From a virus (lineage: Duplodnaviria; Caudoviricetes), in IMG/VR virus record IMGVR_UViG_3300023246_000533, positions 1-31,692 of that record: a DNA stretch of 31,692 nt; one strand, written 5' to 3'. Each line of letters opens with the position of its first letter. Position 1 is the stretch's first letter. This document shows, piece by piece, positions 28,109 through 31,692 of this stretch. The position numbers were made by a program, and so were the translations under genes. The notes beneath the pieces are model-generated. The model ran no database searches. It was given only the letters and a program-made list of their open reading frames with translations, and was not told the origin of the DNA.

Positions 28109-28453
28109 TTACAAAGATAGTAAATGTTTTAGAGAAATCCAAACCCCCTTGACATAAAATTCATGGTCCTCTGTGCATATTATTGTACTGCCATTTTTCA
28201 ATGTAATCTTATATGTTTTTTTAGTGTTCACAAACCTAAATATATCTTGGACCACCTTTGTTTCTATCTCTTTTGTTTCTTCATTGAACGTCTGGACCTG
28301 TTCTCCTGTTTTAATCTTTGATATTTCAATACTTCCATTAATTGTTTGTATTAACTGATTAGGACCAAAACAAGATGTTCCGCCTTGTTGGATAGATATT
28401 CTTACAGTTTCGGCAACTAATTTGTAAAATGTTTTAGAATAAGTGGTAATCAT
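28109..28453 (-). CDS. terL: terminase large subunit N-extein (27 aa) fused to split-intein N-fragment (87 aa, from Cys at 28372)
   Basis: IQQGGTS|CFGPNQLI (block A), IICTEDHEF (block B TxxH), ends at TAA 28111-28109. Confidence 0.92.
   Translation of the reverse strand: MITTYSKTFYKLVAETVRISIQQGGTSCFGPNQLIQTINGSIEISKIKTGEQVQTFNEETKEIETKVVQDIFRFVNTKKTYKITLKNGSTIICTEDHEFYVKGVWISLKHLLSL
28112..28143 (-). promoter_or_regulatory. Bacteroidota promoter embedded in the 3' end of IntN, driving HNH/IntC-terL
   Basis: TTTG (28143-28140), 20 nt, TATCTTTG (28119-28112), 14 nt upstream of the HNH ATG. Confidence 0.65.
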
Positions 28454-28515
28454 TACGATTTTTATGTATTTGATTTACACATGATTAGTCTACTTGTTAC
28501 AGTACGAAAACAAAA

Positions 28516-28971
28516 CTATTCTCCTGCAAATTTCTCTAAATTATCTTTGTCTTTTTTATTTGAGGTTATTATTGTGATGTTTTGCTCTAATTTTTCATTC
28601 CCACTCGTAACGTCTAACTTATCTCCGTATTTCTTTGGCTTCTTTTTGCCTGCCGTCCATTTGTAAGCGTCTATTGCCACCCTTGCGCTTGCAGGGTCGT
28701 ATTTTTTCTTTAAGACTTTTTCAGCAATTTCTTCTATTTTTTCAGCGTCCAAATCGCCTGAATCCTCCTTGCTACGCGTGTAATTGTTTAAAAACTCTTT
28801 GTCATAATCTTTATGTTCATCATTTAACCAAGTATAAACAGTAGCTCTGCAAGGCATATCCTTATTTTTGTCAAGTATTGACTTTAGGCTTTTACCCTCC
28901 GAAATCTCGGCTGTTATCTTTAATTTAATTTCAGCTATTTCTTTTATTGTGTATTTATTTGGCCGTGCCAT
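28516..28971 (-). CDS. terS: terminase small subunit (Sf6 gp1-like)
   Basis: MARPNKYT..ISEGKSLKSI..MPCRATVYTWL..W.AGKKKPKKYGDK; directly upstream of terL. Confidence 0.85.
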   Translation of the reverse strand: MARPNKYTIKEIAEIKLKITAEISEGKSLKSILDKNKDMPCRATVYTWLNDEHKDYDKEFLNNYTRSKEDSGDLDAEKIEEIAEKVLKKKYDPASARVAIDAYKWTAGKKKPKKYGDKLDVTSGNEKLEQNITIITSNKKDKDNLEKFAGE

Positions 28972-28991
28972 TACTTTAAATTATATGGGTT

Positions 28992-29348
28992 TCATTTTTC
29001 AATTTCTGCATTTATAATAATACTATTTTCTAAATTATTAATTTTATTTTCCAAGTGTTCATATAATTTCCGGTAGTCATTTTCATCATTATAAACCCCG
29101 TTTATGATATTTCTTTTAATTATAGTAGAAAGCTTATTCATTTTAGCTAAATCATTTATCGTGCATTCGTATATTATATTGACAATATTTTTATATACTT
29201 TACTTTCTTTTAACATGAACATACTTGCTGTTTTTTCTGAATATCCCGCCCTTATGGCTGCCTGTTTTCCATTAAAGTCAATAATAAACTCTTTGCAGAA
29301 TTTAGCTTGCTTATCAGTCAAATTATATGGGTTTCCTTTTTTACTCAT
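28992..29348 (-). CDS. protein with Terminase_2-type small-subunit N-terminal HTH
   Basis: LTDKQAKFCKEFIIDFNGKQAAIRAGYSEKTA; the C-terminal part looks unlike typical TerS. Confidence 0.7.
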   Translation of the reverse strand: MSKKGNPYNLTDKQAKFCKEFIIDFNGKQAAIRAGYSEKTASMFMLKESKVYKNIVNIIYECTINDLAKMNKLSTIIKRNIINGVYNDENDYRKLYEHLENKINNLENSIIINAEIEK

Positions 29349-29717
29349 TTAATTGCTTAAATTAATAAGTTCAAATATCTTTGTTTTCTTTTTAAAGTCA
29401 GTTGTTATTTTAAAACAATATATTTTTTGTTCTCCATATGATGCAACCGATGTGTATAATATATTATTTCCATTCTTTTCATTAGTAGAATGCTGTTCTT
29501 TACAATTTATAGGTATTTCTTTTAATGGGTTTTCGTGTTCAAATACTGAAATAAGCCAATCTTTTACTTTTGATGCTTCCGTAAAGAAACCATTTTCTAA
29601 ATTAATAGTAATGCTTTTGCCTTGTTTTTCTATATTTAAGTAAACACTGCCATCACAAGCCTCTTGATGTATTTCGTTCATTGCTGTTACTAATATAGCA
29701 TTAGATATTTTACTCAT
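29349..29717 (-). CDS. hypothetical protein
   Basis: ORF track; abuts the next gene. Confidence 0.55.
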   Translation of the reverse strand: MSKISNAILVTAMNEIHQEACDGSVYLNIEKQGKSITINLENGFFTEASKVKDWLISVFEHENPLKEIPINCKEQHSTNEKNGNNILYTSVASYGEQKIYCFKITTDFKKKTKIFELINLSN

Positions 29718-29777
29718 TTTTCAACATAAGTTTTAAAAGTTCATCAATATTATCAATTATCTTATCAAACGTTTCTC

Positions 29778-30002
29778 TTATTTGCTTTTCGTTATACATC
29801 TATTTTCCAATTCATTAATAACTTCATCATAGATTTTAATTTGCTCAATATGATGTTCTACGTCCCCGACATACTGAACTGTTGGCAATCCTGTATCAAT
29901 TAAAGCCTGTTGTTTATCCTTCCAAAATATATGAGAATATCTGCCTTTTTTCATATTCTTTATTATTCTGCTTATTCTTGCTTTATCGCTTTCCATTGCC
30001 AT
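29778..30002 (-). CDS. hypothetical protein
   Basis: ORF track. Confidence 0.55.
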   Translation of the reverse strand: MAMESDKARISRIIKNMKKGRYSHIFWKDKQQALIDTGLPTVQYVGDVEHHIEQIKIYDEVINELENRCITKSK

Positions 30003-30003
30003 T

Positions 30004-30213
30004 TTACTTTTTGCACAATTTCTTTATTTGCTCATTTATTAGCATATTACTTTCAGAAATATACGCAATTGTTTTCTCATTCTGTAACATTTTAGCTTTG
30101 AGATGTTCGATTAATTCTCTTTTTTGTGCTTTATCAATTAATTTATCAAGGTCTTTTGACTCATCTTCGTTTAACAAAAGTGGTAATACCCACTCATAAT
30201 CTGAACTATTCAT
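30004..30213 (-). CDS. hypothetical protein
   Basis: ORF track. Confidence 0.5.
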   Translation of the reverse strand: MNSSDYEWVLPLLLNEDESKDLDKLIDKAQKRELIEHLKAKMLQNEKTIAYISESNMLINEQIKKLCKK

Positions 30214-30261
30214 TTTATTTAATTTTGATTAATATTCGTTTTCATTATTTAGCTCTATATC

Positions 30262-30456
30262 CTAATTTTCTTTTTTTTTAGTTTTGGCATAACTCCACGT
30301 TATAGGATATGTCAATAATTCTAATGCTTTTGAAATCATTAATATTGTTTCCCTTGCATTATTTTGTTTTTGATTATTTCTCCATGAATGCTTTTTAATA
30401 TATTCAAGTGTCAATTCTAACAGTGATAATTTTAATTCGTTTATCCGTTTTTCCAT
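30262..30456 (-). CDS. hypothetical protein
   Basis: ORF track. Confidence 0.5.
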   Translation of the reverse strand: MEKRINELKLSLLELTLEYIKKHSWRNNQKQNNARETILMISKALELLTYPITWSYAKTKKKEN

Positions 30457-30457
30457 T

Positions 30458-30970
30458 TTATATTACCTTAAATTCACTACCCTTAAAATATCCTTCATCA
30501 ATAGCCTTGCCGTCAATTTTGATTATTTCACGTTTATTTGTATAAAAATATTCTCTAAATATCTTTACATCTTCAAATTTTCCAAAACACCGACACAAAT
30601 ATAGTAAACCTTTTTGTTTTATGCAAATTCCATACATAAAATTCCCTGTTTTAAATTCTACTATTTCGCCAACGCATTGATGGATTGACATTTCTTGCCT
30701 GATTCTCTTTATGTCGTTTTTTGTGTTTCTCGGTTGGTAATAAAATCTTTTTTCTTGTTTTTGCAGAATATCACGGATCCCATACATTATTGTAACATGA
30801 TTTTTATTGAATAATGATTTGATTTGACTTACCGGAATGTTCTGAAACCCATACATGAAGTAATAACAGATATTTCTTGCATGAACTATATCACGCCTTA
30901 AATTATCTGATAATATCAACTCCTTTGAAATTCCTGTCAGTTTAGATATTTTATTTACTACTAAATCCAA
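30458..30970 (-). CDS. DnaA C-terminal-like HTH DNA-binding protein
   Basis: ELILSDNLRRDIVHARNICYYFM...IKSLFNKNHVTIMYGIR matches the Bac_DnaA_C pattern. Confidence 0.75.
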   Translation of the reverse strand: MDLVVNKISKLTGISKELILSDNLRRDIVHARNICYYFMYGFQNIPVSQIKSLFNKNHVTIMYGIRDILQKQEKRFYYQPRNTKNDIKRIRQEMSIHQCVGEIVEFKTGNFMYGICIKQKGLLYLCRCFGKFEDVKIFREYFYTNKREIIKIDGKAIDEGYFKGSEFKVI

Positions 30971-31163
30971 TTGATTTTTCAGATTGATTAAAAAATATAT
31001 GCTTTGATTTTACAGTGCTGTCAATTGTTGTTTTCCAAATAGTCAATCCAAATAGTTTAATTTTGGTTGATTTCTTAACTTTTGGCATGGCATAAAGGTT
31101 TTCCTTTTCAATAATATCATTGTATTTGACGTTTTCTTTTATGTGTTTGCTGATAATTGCCAT
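30951..31163 (-). CDS. hypothetical protein
   Basis: Probable ATG at 31163, 4 nt after TATCTTTG (31175-31168). Confidence 0.55.
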   Translation of the reverse strand: MAIISKHIKENVKYNDIIEKENLYAMPKVKKSTKIKLFGLTIWKTTIDSTVKSKHIFFNQSEKSIGFSSK

Positions 31164-31204
31164 TTCACAAAGATACAATAATTTTATTAATTACAAAAAT
31201 ATAT

Positions 31205-31504
31205 TCAATTATTTTTAAATTTTAAATCCAACCCATCTTTTTTTTGATGACACAATCTGCAACGAATAGTAATATTTTCAACACTCCAGGCAAGTTCTGT
31301 TTTTCGTTCCTCTTGGCACTTCTTAACACTAATATCATGCGAACAATCCAGTATTACACCCGAACTCTTTTTGCAAACCTCACAAAAATTATATCCAAAT
31401 TCCTCAATTTGATTGAATAGTTTTTGCTTTTTTGCAGACCTTATACGACGATCTACAACTGATTTTTTTAGTCTTTCTCCGCTTGATGTGTAATAATAGT
31501 TCAT
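31205..31504 (-). CDS. NinG-like / HNH zinc-binding nuclease
   Basis: CEVC...DCSH.IS...AW..EN....CRLCH. Confidence 0.7.
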   Translation of the reverse strand: MNYYYTSSGERLKKSVVDRRIRSAKKQKLFNQIEEFGYNFCEVCKKSSGVILDCSHDISVKKCQEERKTELAWSVENITIRCRLCHQKKDGLDLKFKNN

Positions 31505-31542
31505 TTCAGTATTAGTTTATTTTTTAGTTTTTGGGTTTTCAT

Positions 31543-31692
31543 TTAATCATCATCTTTAACTTCATAGAACATATTGCACTTAACCCAATTTTCATCCATA
31601 TTGTGTGAAGCCAAATGCTCACATTCTTGACATTTTACAGAACCTATCATACAGCTTTTTACTTTGCATTCGTCCCGACAAATGCAAAGTAA
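31543..31692 (-). CDS. Cys-rich hypothetical protein, partial (start outside window)
   Basis: Open frame ...LLCICRDECKVKSCMIGSVKCQECEHLASHNMDENWVKCNMFYEVKDDD*. Confidence 0.5.
   Translation of the reverse strand, partial: LLCICRDECKVKSCMIGSVKCQECEHLASHNMDENWVKCNMFYEVKDDD

Noticed and set aside
27558-28142. Group I intron, or programmed frameshifts, joining the terL pieces
   Set aside because: There is no room for a ribozyme core (11-nt gap on one side, 28-nt overlap on the other). No in-frame canonical slippery heptamer was recognised, and intein motifs explain the join.
284-30199. All plus-strand ORFs in the track
   Set aside because: Nearly all are short antisense shadows of well-supported minus-strand genes and have no motifs. 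284-481 overlaps the structured non-coding region and has no support either.
1-31692. CRISPR array, tRNA, DGR/retron, integrase, stop-codon recoding
   Set aside because: No repeat-spacer array, cloverleaf, reverse transcriptase or recombinase motif was seen. Long genes are intact under the standard code, and TAA, TGA and TAG all end genes.

Overview
AT-rich segment of a tailed (siphovirus-like) dsDNA phage or prophage. Essentially every real gene is on the minus strand. The host is very likely a Bacteroidota: there are repeated TTTG-N19/20-TAnnTTTG promoters, A-rich translation starts without SD sites, and Gln-at-+1 signal peptides. In the direction of transcription the window holds small early/middle genes (NinG-like HNH, DnaA_C-like HTH), terminase small subunit(s), a terminase large subunit, portal, scaffold, major capsid, connector/tail genes, a TP901-type tape measure, tail tip/fibre genes, holin and M15 endolysin. 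An accessory region follows, with two orphan DNA methyltransferases, a NUMOD4-HNH endonuclease and a structured non-coding stretch. Four observations stand out. (1) terL is fractured inside its Walker A motif by a naturally split intein (87-aa IntN, 42-aa IntC), with a free-standing HNH gene between the halves and that gene's own promoter hidden in the IntN coding sequence. (2) Five genes of the virion module carry classical Sec signal peptides that all end in Gln. (3) The C5 methyltransferase sits in an integron-cassette-like unit bounded by attC-like hairpins with the diagnostic nested core complementarity. (4) A 16-bp-stem RNA hairpin has a loop complementary to its own putative 5' leader. 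All functional calls come from motif recognition by eye; no database search was run.
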